This document shows positions 53,993 to 64,000 of a stretch of DNA of 64,000 nt, piece by piece. This DNA comes from a virus. The position numbers and the translations under genes were made by a program. Every line of letters starts with the position of its first letter. Positions within the stretch are counted from its first letter, which is position 1. The stretch spans positions 1 to 64,000 of IMG/VR virus record IMGVR_UViG_3300033149_001257, one strand, 5' to 3'. The notes under the pieces were generated by a model. The model saw nothing but the letters and a program-made list of their open reading frames with translations. It did not search any database and was not told the DNA's origin.

Positions 53993-56908
53993 TTAATCCT
54001 CCTCTATTTTTATATATAAAACTTCGCAAAACTTATCACCAACATCGTAATCCGAATCGCTTATATCAACCCATGCGTAAAACTTCATCATTTCTCCTGC
54101 TGTTGGTAAATTTGAAGTCCATGCTATCGTATCTACCAATAAATCTCTTGCTGCTGCTGTGGGATTTATGTCTACCGCGCCTATGGACGTATACCCCCCA
54201 CCCGGGTCCCATGGCTCATCATGCGCTATTGAAATTCTTTCTATGTGAAAATCTGCCTTATGCGCAGCATTGGTATCCTCACTTAGGGAATATATCGTTA
54301 TGGTTAAATTACCCCCACTGTAAAATGCAGGCATAGCAACCTGCCAATATGCTTTATAATCTGTACCCACCCCACCGTCTGCAAGAAACTTTGTCACATA
54401 ATCGGGTCCACAGTTTGTTCTTGAAACTTTTTCTATAAGCGCGAAATCGCTATTCGGTAATACTGCTGCCCCTGGATTCATAAATAAGGCAACTTTCCCA
54501 CCACCCATGTTATCGTCCACATATTTCTTAATGCTTTGCTGGGTAGCTAAAGCGGTGGGGCTATCTGAACCCATGGCATCTTCATCGAGAACTGTTGTTA
54601 CTCTCGCATTAGCGCTTCCCATTTGAATACCCGAAGCGTTTATGTTTAACCTGTCGTTTCCGTTTTCTCCGATGGTTATTAATTCAGCAGCATTTGTGGT
54701 GTCTATTTTAATGAAATTCCCATCACCAGTTTTTATCTCTAAAGCACTGGCGACATTATCAGTCATGTCTATGTCCATGGTGGTTCCGTCAGCGCTTATG
54801 GAATCAAGCGCAACATCTCCTACGTTTGTAATGTTGTTGTCGCCAAAACTTTGATTCCCACCAAATGCCCGGGTACCGTCAGCCTTAATATACACGGTAT
54901 GTAAATCAGATGCTATGTCAGGATGATTATGAACATGGTCTTTACGGCAAAACTCCGTCGCACTTCCTTCCGCATTGGCTTCCGCTATATTTGAGGGTAC
55001 TCCAACGTCTATGCCGTGCGCATGGTCGGCACGCGCAAGATAATCAGATGTTCCCTCTGACGCTACCACGTCAACCGAGGTTATGTCAAGAGGCGATGCG
55101 CATATAATCGGGTCGCCACCTGTCTGCGGTGCGTGGGCTGTGGCATGGTCTTTTGGTGGTTGGTCGTCTGCTAATTCACCGCTAAGACCAGCAACGCTAA
55201 TTTCATCTCCACCCCCATTTTCGTGAGATGCTGCATGGGCCGCCGGTGCTGCTCCATCCACATAGGCCTTGACGGCCTTTTCTGTCGGCAATGCTGTATC
55301 GGAATTACCTGCTAATGTTCCGTCAATAGAAAACTCGTCTATCCTCGCGTTAGCTCCACTGACCTGGATTCCGGAAGCATTAATATTCAACTCATCACTT
55401 CCATTAACCCCTATGGTTACTTTTTCGGAAGCGTTGGTGCTGTCTATTTTCAGGAAGTTACCATCAGATGTTTTTATTTCTAAAGCGTTGGCCCTGTTAT
55501 CGTTGACATTAAAATCAACATCTATGGCCGCTCCATTTGGGCTAACGGATACGAGTTCTATATCGTTTACCTTGGTAATATTATTATCATCATGTGATAT
55601 TGTCCCATTGAATTCCGTGCTTCCATTCCGTAGCATTACTAATCCGGAATATGGATGCACGTGGTCATCCCTTGATGCCTTTACCCCAACACCTGGTGAA
55701 GCCGCCGCTGCATCGGAAACAGGGTTGTTATCACTTACCTCTGCTCCTGACCCAGATAGTGCCGTCCATGCACCATCTGTATAGCATACATATATTCTAT
55801 TAGTGTCCGTGGTTAAAACAATCATGCTTTCTGTGGGAGTAATTACTAGCCGTTCAGCGTTTGTCATTTTCCTTAAATTACCAATCCCATTAGAAACATA
55901 GGAAGAATTTAAGCAATCCACCTTAAAGTGGTTATTGTAAACAAAATAGTTCTGTTTATTGGTTTCTGTGGAATTCGTCATTATGTGTGTTTTACCCTCA
56001 TAATACCTACTTCCAGTATTAGGTAGGGTCACATACACATATCCGTTATAATAGCACCACGCATAGTCTTTATTGGCCAATTCTGTCCTACCGAGGCTCA
56101 ACAGGTTAATTACGGTGTTTGAGGGCATTATATACCAACAGGAGGCCTCTTTACCTGATATGGGCCTTGTTAGTGTGGTTATCTTAATATAATAATAATC
56201 CGCATCATATCCGGCATTATCACCAACTCCACTTTTTGCCCAATCAGAAGGAGATGTGAATGTTATTTGACCATTCGACTTGAAATTCAGGGTGTTGTCT
56301 GCAAGGTCATCGGCCGTGGCGGTTAATTGTGTCCATGCGCTACCATTCCAGTACTCAACCTTCAGCGTATAAGCAGACCCGAATCCACTGAAATTGAAGT
56401 CTACCCCATTAAATGTCGTGCCTAGCCCAACATATAAAGCATCTCCCGTGGCTAGCATTAAATCAAATGCCGTACCACCCTGAGTGCCGGCCTCTATGGT
56501 ATCGTCTATATAAGCAGCGCCATCCCATAAAAGTACAGAACTGAAAGAACCGTATGTTTCCCCGGATGCCTGACCTTTCTTTTCAAGGTCTTTCTCGTTC
56601 ATATATAATTCGTTGATAGTATCATAAGCATAATGGAGCGATGTTACCGGATATTTCCAGATACTATAATTTGTTAGAGTTTGCAGGACCTGCCATAACC
56701 CATAATTCGTTGTGGCGTGTCCTATATCAATATCTCTAAGCCATTTCTCGGGTAATCCGGAATCGCTTATGATGGCATCGCATTGGTTCTTATTAAACTT
56801 CGCATTTACCCTGGTTCCACGCAATGTTTCAAAGTTATCGTTCACCCCCGTGGTAAACTCTGCGTCGGGTATCTGGTCGTTTAATCTTTTCAGTTTTATG
56901 TCCGACAT
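53993..56908 (-). CDS. tail fibre protein
   Basis: 971 aa; DHxH motifs, internal duplication, ALPTEKAVK module. Confidence 0.75.
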   Translation of the reverse strand: MSDIKLKRLNDQIPDAEFTTGVNDNFETLRGTRVNAKFNKNQCDAIISDSGLPEKWLRDIDIGHATTNYGLWQVLQTLTNYSIWKYPVTSLHYAYDTINELYMNEKDLEKKGQASGETYGSFSSVLLWDGAAYIDDTIEAGTQGGTAFDLMLATGDALYVGLGTTFNGVDFNFSGFGSAYTLKVEYWNGSAWTQLTATADDLADNTLNFKSNGQITFTSPSDWAKSGVGDNAGYDADYYYIKITTLTRPISGKEASCWYIMPSNTVINLLSLGRTELANKDYAWCYYNGYVYVTLPNTGSRYYEGKTHIMTNSTETNKQNYFVYNNHFKVDCLNSSYVSNGIGNLRKMTNAERLVITPTESMIVLTTDTNRIYVCYTDGAWTALSGSGAEVSDNNPVSDAAAASPGVGVKASRDDHVHPYSGLVMLRNGSTEFNGTISHDDNNITKVNDIELVSVSPNGAAIDVDFNVNDNRANALEIKTSDGNFLKIDSTNASEKVTIGVNGSDELNINASGIQVSGANARIDEFSIDGTLAGNSDTALPTEKAVKAYVDGAAPAAHAASHENGGGDEISVAGLSGELADDQPPKDHATAHAPQTGGDPIICASPLDITSVDVVASEGTSDYLARADHAHGIDVGVPSNIAEANAEGSATEFCRKDHVHNHPDIASDLHTVYIKADGTRAFGGNQSFGDNNITNVGDVALDSISADGTTMDIDMTDNVASALEIKTGDGNFIKIDTTNAAELITIGENGNDRLNINASGIQMGSANARVTTVLDEDAMGSDSPTALATQQSIKKYVDDNMGGGKVALFMNPGAAVLPNSDFALIEKVSRTNCGPDYVTKFLADGGVGTDYKAYWQVAMPAFYSGGNLTITIYSLSEDTNAAHKADFHIERISIAHDEPWDPGGGYTSIGAVDINPTAAARDLLVDTIAWTSNLPTAGEMMKFYAWVDISDSDYDVGDKFCEVLYIKIEED

Positions 56909-56918
56909 TTAAGCCCTC

Positions 56919-57272
56919 CTATCCTCCGAATATTGTTTTTGCTATACCTGTCCTTACAAGAATTACCGCCGTTCCTACCATGAGAGTTATCGCCAAAATT
57001 ACCAATCGTCTATTTATTCCTATGTCTTTATCGTGTCCCACGGACTTGGCAACGAGCCCGCCATCTGGATTGCCATTACCGTCCAGTGTTTTTTTGTTAC
57101 TTAATACTGTTCTCCAATACTTGTCTGCAACTTTATCATGGTTGACCTTGAACTCATCAAAAGAGTTTTGCTGTTGTATTTTATATTCCTCAAAAGCCTT
57201 GTTCTGATGTTTATTTTCTCTCAGAATCAAATCCTTTAGTTCGGTAAAGGAATCTCTTATGTCCTGTTCCAT
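56919..57272 (-). CDS. holin/hemolysin-like protein with C-terminal TM
   Basis: Coiled coil, LDGNG..GL motif and C-terminal TM. Confidence 0.5.
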   Translation of the reverse strand: MEQDIRDSFTELKDLILRENKHQNKAFEEYKIQQQNSFDEFKVNHDKVADKYWRTVLSNKKTLDGNGNPDGGLVAKSVGHDKDIGINRRLVILAITLMVGTAVILVRTGIAKTIFGG

Positions 57273-57284
57273 GTGATATCCTTT

Positions 57285-57518
57285 CTATATTGGCTTTTTC
57301 GGTTCTTCTTTTTTGGGCGCATCTTTCTTTTCTTCTTTCTTTTCTTTTAGTACTATCACGACATTTTCTTTATCTCCGTCTTTGTGTACCTTAATCTCTA
57401 CTCCGCCTTCAATACCCTTCTTTGCAAATGCCGTGAACTCATACGACTCAATCGGTAATTCCGGCTGGAACATTACAAATGCTACTCCGTTTGCATCTTT
57501 GCTAAATGTCGTTTTCAT
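57285..57518 (-). CDS. hypothetical protein
   Basis: AAGGAG RBS. Confidence 0.65.
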   Translation of the reverse strand: MKTTFSKDANGVAFVMFQPELPIESYEFTAFAKKGIEGGVEIKVHKDGDKENVVIVLKEKKEEKKDAPKKEEPKKPI

Positions 57519-57544
57519 TGCCGTTTTCTCCTTTTCCTTTTATT

Positions 57545-59962
57545 TTAACTTCCTGTCGTGTATGCGTAAATATAATACGTAGTTCCTCCAATGTCCACGG
57601 CAATTTGTTTTGAAAGGGTGCCTGCCGATGATACCGCATCGTCTACCGCCTTTATTAATGGCTCGTCTACCGAGAAACTGCTCATGTCTATTCCCCCGGG
57701 ATTGCCTGCTCCGTCATTGATTGAGGTTATTTCTATAGCATAAACATCATCCGCATGTCTACTTCGTTGGTTTATTTCCAATATCATCACATTGTTCGTC
57801 ATCGTGCCAGCCACCTGTGCTCCCGCTGATGTTATTTTCAACACAGAGCCACTTGAATTGAGTGTCCCCCCTGCCCCGGTCTGTGATTCTGACCTTGTTA
57901 TTTCAACCAGGTCGTAATTGAATGTTGTGGTTCCTGAAGTTCTTGTCTCAAGAGATAGCGTTCGAAATACATTTTTACTGCCCACCGTGTCCCCCAATGA
58001 AGAACCAAGCCTGGTTATCTGGGAGTTAAATACCTTTCCGCTTGTTATACTGGTAGACTGACACAACATATTCATGATTGTCCCATCCACTAAACCATCC
58101 GCTGATATATCAATTACCTTACCAGACGTAACCGCACCTGCATTTATGTCAACAACTATCCCCGATGTTGTTGCAGCATCAATATTTATTACGTCAGCAG
58201 TTGTGGCATCCGAATCTATGTTTAATGATATAGCATCCGTATCCTGGTCAATAGTTACCGTACTATCAAAAAATGAAAGTCCATCGACTTCAAGTTTACC
58301 GGAAACCATTAAATCATCTTCTGCGGCAAGTCCGTGTCCGGTGGTGCCGGCATCGCCTATCCTTAAATATGCGCCCACCCCGAATATTGAAGGTATGTTT
58401 GCTGCGGTTTCAAACTTGAAATAATCATCTGCATCACTGTTCGGGAGTAAATGAATTGCTCCATTGCTTGTTATGTGATTACCACCAAGTGCAATGTTAC
58501 CTACCATGGTAGATGTGCCGTCAAGTTTTAGAAATGCTCCACCAGCCACCGCGCCATCAATATATGTTTTTACGGCTTTTTCTGTAGGCAACGCAGTATC
58601 GCTATTTCCACCCAATGTTCCGTCGATTGAGAACTCGTCTATTGTCGCACCCAGATTAAGCGTGATACTCGGGGATGCTGAAATGGTTTTGTTGGTCAAT
58701 GTCTGTGTTGGTGAAGTGCCCACCACATCTACCCACGTGGTACCATCGTTGGATAATTGTAGCTTATCGGTACCCTCATTCCACCTTAATCCGGGGTCCT
58801 CGTCAGTTCCGGGACCGGTGGCGCTTGTTCCTGATATTTTCAGCATGGGATAATTGGGATTACCACCAGTGAATGGGGTAGCAAAGTAAAAATAGGTTCC
58901 TGATACATTGTGGGGTATTATGGGTATTGACCTTTGGGCTATGATACCATTTAATCCCCTGACACCACTCAGCCTGAGTAGGGCGTTCATCTGGTTGGTA
59001 CCATCTATTTTCAAATAATCCTCTAAGTCGCCCACGTTGGCCACGAGTTCTCCCCGAACAAGAAGATTATTAAACTCCGCATCTCCATTATCCTGTATCT
59101 GAAAACCCGACACCCCGGAAAGATAATTAAAGGATTCAAGTGTTGTGGGGGTTACTCTTATGTTGCCTATGCGCGCATCGTCCTCAGTAAACCTCGCCGT
59201 TTCTGTTCCATCCTCGTCAAAGAAGAATATTCCATGCTGATTAAACCTTGCTGCCACTGCGCCCGTAACGTATTTAATAAGTATTTCTTTTGAATTCAAC
59301 TCAAGTGATTCCTGCGATGATACTATTTTTAACTGTTCCGTGAGTGTTAATGTTCCCTGTAAATTATCAGCAAGCATATTCTCAACAATGTTACGAATAG
59401 CATTTATGGTGTCATCATCTACCACGTATCTATTATTGAAAAGTAAATCCCGAGAATCTACGATATGCCCATTGAGTCCTTCGTGGTCCTGGTCCTGCTG
59501 AATAGCCACTGTATCATCCGAGGGAATAATTATCTTGGCAATGGTTACTTTATTAGAAAATATCGCATCGTCAAGCGTGATTAATCCATTGTATAGATTA
59601 ATGAATATCTCGCCAGCCTTGCCTAATGGAACCTCTAATTTCCTTTCTTCTTCGTCTATTTTATGTAGTATCCCATCGGCTATCCCAAGATGCTCGGTAT
59701 CGAACTTTCTTCTTATATATATGTATTCGGAAGCCGGGTCGTCTGCCTCTACATAAAGACCGGAAAGGACTTTATTCCCCCCTATTTTAGCCACTAAATC
59801 AGATAGCCATTTCATGCCACGGTTATCACTGGACTGAGATACGGAACTGGCGCTAACACCTCTCGGCAAAGAAGAACTACCTTTAGTTTCGGCGCTCTTA
59901 TCCGTACCCTGTAATCGGGTAATTTGCTGATGTAATGTTTCAAATGTCTTTTTTCCTACCAT
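57545..59962 (-). CDS. tail fibre/tail-tip protein
   Basis: 805 aa; SGFQIQDNGDAEFNNLLVRG motif (as in tail-tip J-type proteins), beta repeats. Confidence 0.75.
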   Translation of the reverse strand: MVGKKTFETLHQQITRLQGTDKSAETKGSSSLPRGVSASSVSQSSDNRGMKWLSDLVAKIGGNKVLSGLYVEADDPASEYIYIRRKFDTEHLGIADGILHKIDEEERKLEVPLGKAGEIFINLYNGLITLDDAIFSNKVTIAKIIIPSDDTVAIQQDQDHEGLNGHIVDSRDLLFNNRYVVDDDTINAIRNIVENMLADNLQGTLTLTEQLKIVSSQESLELNSKEILIKYVTGAVAARFNQHGIFFFDEDGTETARFTEDDARIGNIRVTPTTLESFNYLSGVSGFQIQDNGDAEFNNLLVRGELVANVGDLEDYLKIDGTNQMNALLRLSGVRGLNGIIAQRSIPIIPHNVSGTYFYFATPFTGGNPNYPMLKISGTSATGPGTDEDPGLRWNEGTDKLQLSNDGTTWVDVVGTSPTQTLTNKTISASPSITLNLGATIDEFSIDGTLGGNSDTALPTEKAVKTYIDGAVAGGAFLKLDGTSTMVGNIALGGNHITSNGAIHLLPNSDADDYFKFETAANIPSIFGVGAYLRIGDAGTTGHGLAAEDDLMVSGKLEVDGLSFFDSTVTIDQDTDAISLNIDSDATTADVINIDAATTSGIVVDINAGAVTSGKVIDISADGLVDGTIMNMLCQSTSITSGKVFNSQITRLGSSLGDTVGSKNVFRTLSLETRTSGTTTFNYDLVEITRSESQTGAGGTLNSSGSVLKITSAGAQVAGTMTNNVMILEINQRSRHADDVYAIEITSINDGAGNPGGIDMSSFSVDEPLIKAVDDAVSSAGTLSKQIAVDIGGTTYYIYAYTTGS

Positions 59963-62900
59963 TATCCTGGATACCTCGCTAACATAAATGTTGGCTGACT
60001 TTTCTTCGCAGACATTTTCTCAAGAAAATAGTTCTGGTTAATATTGTTTACTGTATCAATTACTCTTAGCGTCATGCCCATTATTATATGCGGCGCAAGC
60101 ATAGACGTTATTCTCACCTTACTCTTGTTTTTCTGGAACTCATAGAGCATTAATTTACCACGCCTGTCAATTATCGGTTGAGTAGATAATTCTATATGTA
60201 CGTCCCTGTCCTTATAAACCTTATCTCCATATATGGGTAATAGTCCGGCATCGTCAAATAAAGAACTGGCTGTTTCAAGCTCCTGCGATACCCTGACATC
60301 TATGGCATGATTATTGTCGGCGGTGTCGGTAGTACTTACAAACGTAGTGGGAGTTTTGCTCGTATACACAAACGCCTCAGCACCATCAATATATATCGTT
60401 CCGGTATCAGAAAATGCCGAGGTATCATCTACATTTATCGTTGAATCGCCTGCTGTTACTCCCACCGAAACCTGCGTTGTCGGTATCAGTGTAGCATCGG
60501 TTTCGAGTACCGTGTTGCCATATATCGCAAGCTCTGCCAGGCAAACAGCATAGAATGTTTCTCCTGCATGTTCAATCGCTCCCAACTCTTCAAGAATTAT
60601 CTTTACATATCTCGCTTGAAAAAACTCGCCTAAAATATCTTCTTCAAATGATACTTTCTCCCCACCCTTCATAATAAAATCTCTCGCATCCGAAGATATG
60701 GAACTGTAGCTCGTGCCATCTATGGAATATTCCAAACTGTATCTATTCTCTATGTCAAGCTTGTTTTTAATATCATTGGTATACGGATAATAAAAACCTT
60801 GAAGTAAATCAATGGCTCTTATATCCCGAAGTGAGCCCAGGTCTATAATTAAAAACTGTGTACCCGATAATGTCTTGTTCTTAAACTTTACCTGTAATTG
60901 TGTGTTGCTTAATCCATCTATCATTAGTGGCGCGCTTGTTGAGGGCTTAATTATATTGTTTGATGCGTAAGATAAATCCATTGACACTAATCCATTTCTG
61001 GTATTCTCAAATATACGAACTTCTTTATAATAAGCGTTTCCTGTATACCAATAAACACTAAGACCTACAGGGTGCCTATTGATTGCTTTTATTCTTGACA
61101 ATATCCTTATTTTTTTTATATATTTAGGAGCACCACTTTCATTAGGATACCATGTGGTGGTATACAAATCTGTTTCCCCTGCGGGAAATTCTATGTGGGA
61201 TGCTACCCAGTGGGTACCTGTCCACCAACTGCCCATATAATTCCACGTATCGTCAACGTCTTGATACATAACCGCATAATCTCCCCCATATAATCTTATG
61301 TCATCATTCATAATGGCACCCACGTCTAATTCAACTTTTGAAATATACCGTGTTCCGCCTAAGTCAAAGTTAATATTCTTTGAATATAGCACATCTTTTA
61401 CTCTTAATCTTTCCGAAGCATATACTCCTATGTGGGTGAAATATGTACTGGTATTCCCATCTATCATGTGGCCGGTAATTCCGGATGACCTACCACCTGG
61501 GGCTCCTATTGTTATGGTGGTATCCTCTGCTATGTTCGGAGTGGTAAACGCAGCATCTGGATCGCTTGGGAAATGAGTCGAATCTTTTTCTATCCTTACC
61601 GTGGCATTCGCACAATCTATAAGCACGTCATCTGCACTTATTGATTTATAAAAATCGGCATATGATGTTTGATTTAGTTTTGTATAATTCGTAGAAGAAG
61701 GCGCATACCAGATACCATTAGAATAATCCACGTTAGCGTTACCGGCAGCTATTGTGAAAAGACGTTCTCCGTCTGTTGTGTATATAATAATAGGATACTC
61801 TCTGGATATTTTATATCCAAACCTTACCTCATAATGAGATTGCGATAAATATGATGGTATTTCCGATGGGTCGGAATTAGAAAAATCATCCACGCTTGTC
61901 ACTCCCGGAGCAAATAATGTTAGAGCTCCATTTCCCGTGGGTGAAATCACTTGAGATTGAAATTGTACATCATTGTCGGATATTGGTACACCATTAAATC
62001 TCACGTTTGGTATTGTAGGATAAGATAGTATTGCGGGTGAAAAATAAACCCCATTGGCATCCGCAAGATAAAGTTTATAGTTGGCGTATGTTATATCATC
62101 GCCTGTCCATTGGAGTGGCTGATTCTCTGCCGTGGCGCTATATGTTCCTATGTCAACAAAAGATACCACTCTGTTTCCATCCTCATCAACCGCCTGCATA
62201 TAATTTGTGGGATTCTCGTTCTGTCCATACATTTTTACCCTTGTGTATATCTCCCCATCTGATATATAGTCCAAGGAAATCTGTCCCGGTACGGTATAAT
62301 CAGCATTTACTTTCTGGGTAAGATAAGACCCCCAGACCTTCTGCGAACCAGCCGTACGAAAAATATAATTAGGCGCAAGCAGACTCCTGATTTCATTTAT
62401 AGCATCAAACCGGTTATTAATCTTACTCGCAGAAAACTCTATCACCGGTATTTGTATTCCGGTGGCCTGTATGGTGCAAAATGTGTAATCCACATCACAG
62501 GTTACGGTAGCCCCTGTGCCCCCCGTGGGGGGAGTGGTCAATATAATCTTACCATACCTTTTATCAAACCTGTTAAACTGCGCCGCAAGTATACCCGGGA
62601 TAGTAAAATTGCCATGCACAAGGTCGGTACTCACGTTGTTATAAGTTAAATACCATACCTGCCCAACTGGATATGCTTGATATACGGTAGCTTTATCATT
62701 ATGGGCCGCCGCAATAGAAGATAATTCTCCACGTGTACATCCAGTAAGCGTGGTGGCTGTTTTCCCGGTATATTCAATAAACTCATTATCTATTTTAATA
62801 TACCCCGTATCGTCAAAATCAGCAGTATCTTCCTTCGTGGTTATGGTGTCAATAGCATCCGTCACTGAACCCTTGAGATGTACTTTCACGTCAATTGTTT

Positions 62901-63771
62901 CGGGATTAAAATTCGGTACCATGGTATCAATAATAACCCCATCTTCCGTGTTCTTCGTGGTGGTTAAGTTACCAGCCACGGTATATGGGATATTTCCATA
63001 ATGGTCCTCTTTTGTCATTATTTCCTGTATCACATCCTCAGCATAATTAATAGTAGATGTGGGATAATACCAATATGGTTCTACAACTAAATCAAAATCT
63101 TCCCGTACATTTATGGGCGCATTTAATATTATCTGACCATATTCATAATCAATCGTAATATCCTGTATTTTCTCGCCAGCCACAGCACTTCCCCTGAAAA
63201 TTACTTTTATATTCAACGGCGGTTTCTGCGCTATATTTGTGTGTGGTAAATTAAATATTACTGCCAATTTATGGTCAGCATTTTCTGTATCATCTGACAT
63301 GTAATGCGGCGTAATGTACTCAACCCCAGTAAGCGCGGTATTCGTTGTAGCATATGTTACCTCGGTTTTGGGTGATTCATATTTCTTGTCAATATCAACC
63401 CACTGCAACTTAATCATGGCATCTGATACGTTCAATACAAGCGTTGCCGCACCCTGATTAATCACCGGATTTATTTCCTGTATCGTTCCATAGAACTTAT
63501 TAAATAATTCGGGGGTCCCATAAACGTCTATCCCCTCAAATATCTCAACCAATTCCCCTTTGGATATAGGATTAGTTCCACCTGCCGAATATTTACCATC
63601 GGTGTTTTTTATTATTACCCTTAATGTCGCGGTACCATACTTATCATCAAAAGAGTAATCCCAATCGATAGCATCGGTATTTGTAGCGCTGGCTATATCG
63701 CAACGGAACTCTCTTGGAGCCTCGCCGCGGGTTAATATAGCTTGCGCATCTGATGATAATTGTTTAGGCAT
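59962..63771 (-). CDS. large tail/baseplate hub-like protein with two discoidin (F5/8 C)-like domains
   Basis: 1269 aa; IDG...DLG motifs twice, YSLEYSIDG, ARYVKI. Confidence 0.7.
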   Translation of the reverse strand: MPKQLSSDAQAILTRGEAPREFRCDIASATNTDAIDWDYSFDDKYGTATLRVIIKNTDGKYSAGGTNPISKGELVEIFEGIDVYGTPELFNKFYGTIQEINPVINQGAATLVLNVSDAMIKLQWVDIDKKYESPKTEVTYATTNTALTGVEYITPHYMSDDTENADHKLAVIFNLPHTNIAQKPPLNIKVIFRGSAVAGEKIQDITIDYEYGQIILNAPINVREDFDLVVEPYWYYPTSTINYAEDVIQEIMTKEDHYGNIPYTVAGNLTTTKNTEDGVIIDTMVPNFNPETIDVKVHLKGSVTDAIDTITTKEDTADFDDTGYIKIDNEFIEYTGKTATTLTGCTRGELSSIAAAHNDKATVYQAYPVGQVWYLTYNNVSTDLVHGNFTIPGILAAQFNRFDKRYGKIILTTPPTGGTGATVTCDVDYTFCTIQATGIQIPVIEFSASKINNRFDAINEIRSLLAPNYIFRTAGSQKVWGSYLTQKVNADYTVPGQISLDYISDGEIYTRVKMYGQNENPTNYMQAVDEDGNRVVSFVDIGTYSATAENQPLQWTGDDITYANYKLYLADANGVYFSPAILSYPTIPNVRFNGVPISDNDVQFQSQVISPTGNGALTLFAPGVTSVDDFSNSDPSEIPSYLSQSHYEVRFGYKISREYPIIIYTTDGERLFTIAAGNANVDYSNGIWYAPSSTNYTKLNQTSYADFYKSISADDVLIDCANATVRIEKDSTHFPSDPDAAFTTPNIAEDTTITIGAPGGRSSGITGHMIDGNTSTYFTHIGVYASERLRVKDVLYSKNINFDLGGTRYISKVELDVGAIMNDDIRLYGGDYAVMYQDVDDTWNYMGSWWTGTHWVASHIEFPAGETDLYTTTWYPNESGAPKYIKKIRILSRIKAINRHPVGLSVYWYTGNAYYKEVRIFENTRNGLVSMDLSYASNNIIKPSTSAPLMIDGLSNTQLQVKFKNKTLSGTQFLIIDLGSLRDIRAIDLLQGFYYPYTNDIKNKLDIENRYSLEYSIDGTSYSSISSDARDFIMKGGEKVSFEEDILGEFFQARYVKIILEELGAIEHAGETFYAVCLAELAIYGNTVLETDATLIPTTQVSVGVTAGDSTINVDDTSAFSDTGTIYIDGAEAFVYTSKTPTTFVSTTDTADNNHAIDVRVSQELETASSLFDDAGLLPIYGDKVYKDRDVHIELSTQPIIDRRGKLMLYEFQKNKSKVRITSMLAPHIIMGMTLRVIDTVNNINQNYFLEKMSAKKSQPTFMLARYPG

Positions 63772-63773
63772 TG

Positions 63774-63998
63774 TTAAATATCCTTTAGTACCTTCAGACT
63801 CATTTTTATCTGGTACTTCTGTGTTGAACCAGATAATTTATCTAACTTATTGAGGGACCGTATTTCACCCTGGATTATCTCTCCGTTTGTCTTGGTTATT
63901 TCAAGCCTGGTGTTATTGTCGGCATATGTTTCCAATCTACTCCATAGGGTAAGAGTAGAATCTTTTGTGAGAAATACAAAATTTGTAATCTCGTGGAT
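63774..63998 (-). CDS. partial tail-region protein (starts beyond the window)
   Basis: Open frame IHEITNFVF...VLKDI, ending 2 nt before the next start. Confidence 0.55.
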   Translation of the reverse strand: MHEITNFVFLTKDSTLTLWSRLETYADNNTRLEITKTNGEIIQGEIRSLNKLDKLSGSTQKYQIKMSLKVLKDI

Positions 63999-64000
63999 TT

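Noticed and set aside
1-64000. Alternative genetic code (stop codon reassignment)
   Set aside because: Long conserved genes are intact under the standard code, and TAA, TAG and TGA all end genes at coupled junctions; only one isolated in-frame stop was seen.

Overview
This is a 64-kb segment of a tailed dsDNA bacteriophage (or prophage) genome with two convergent arms that meet at a shared TTAA stop overlap at 37266-37269. The + arm (1-37269) is a dense, translationally coupled run of small early/middle genes with strong AGGAGG RBSs. It encodes a 57-aa histone-fold protein missed by the ORF track, directly upstream of a DnaN beta clamp. It also encodes a 27-bp repeat protein, a Rad50/SbcC-like ATPase, a TARG1/DarG-like macrodomain, YopX, a UvrD/PcrA helicase, an acyl carrier protein fusion, HNH and PD-(D/E)XK nucleases and a XerC/D-like recombinase. 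Non-coding and mobile features in this arm are a tnpB-only IS200/IS605 element, a degenerate tRNA and a candidate structured ncRNA. The - arm (37266-64000) carries tail and receptor-binding genes, an M15 endolysin/holin region and a 12-kb, 14-gene glycan synthesis locus (7 glycosyltransferases, 4 methyltransferase genes, a PIG-L deacetylase, a GDP-sugar dehydratase and an NDP-sugar dehydrogenase). The most notable unexplained signals are: (i) the glycan locus in the late arm; (ii) a co-oriented bipartite motif TAACAGG-N11-RGGAAA repeated about 10 times in the first 8.5 kb; (iii) the histone-clamp gene pair; (iv) a TnpB omega-RNA region complementary to its own RBS; (v) a multi-stem RNA at 22.8-23.0 kb; (vi) a three-position binary-variant 27-bp repeat; (vii) apparent strong GATC avoidance. 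All family assignments are by-eye motif recognition, not database searches. No capsid, terminase or DNA polymerase gene is visible in the window.
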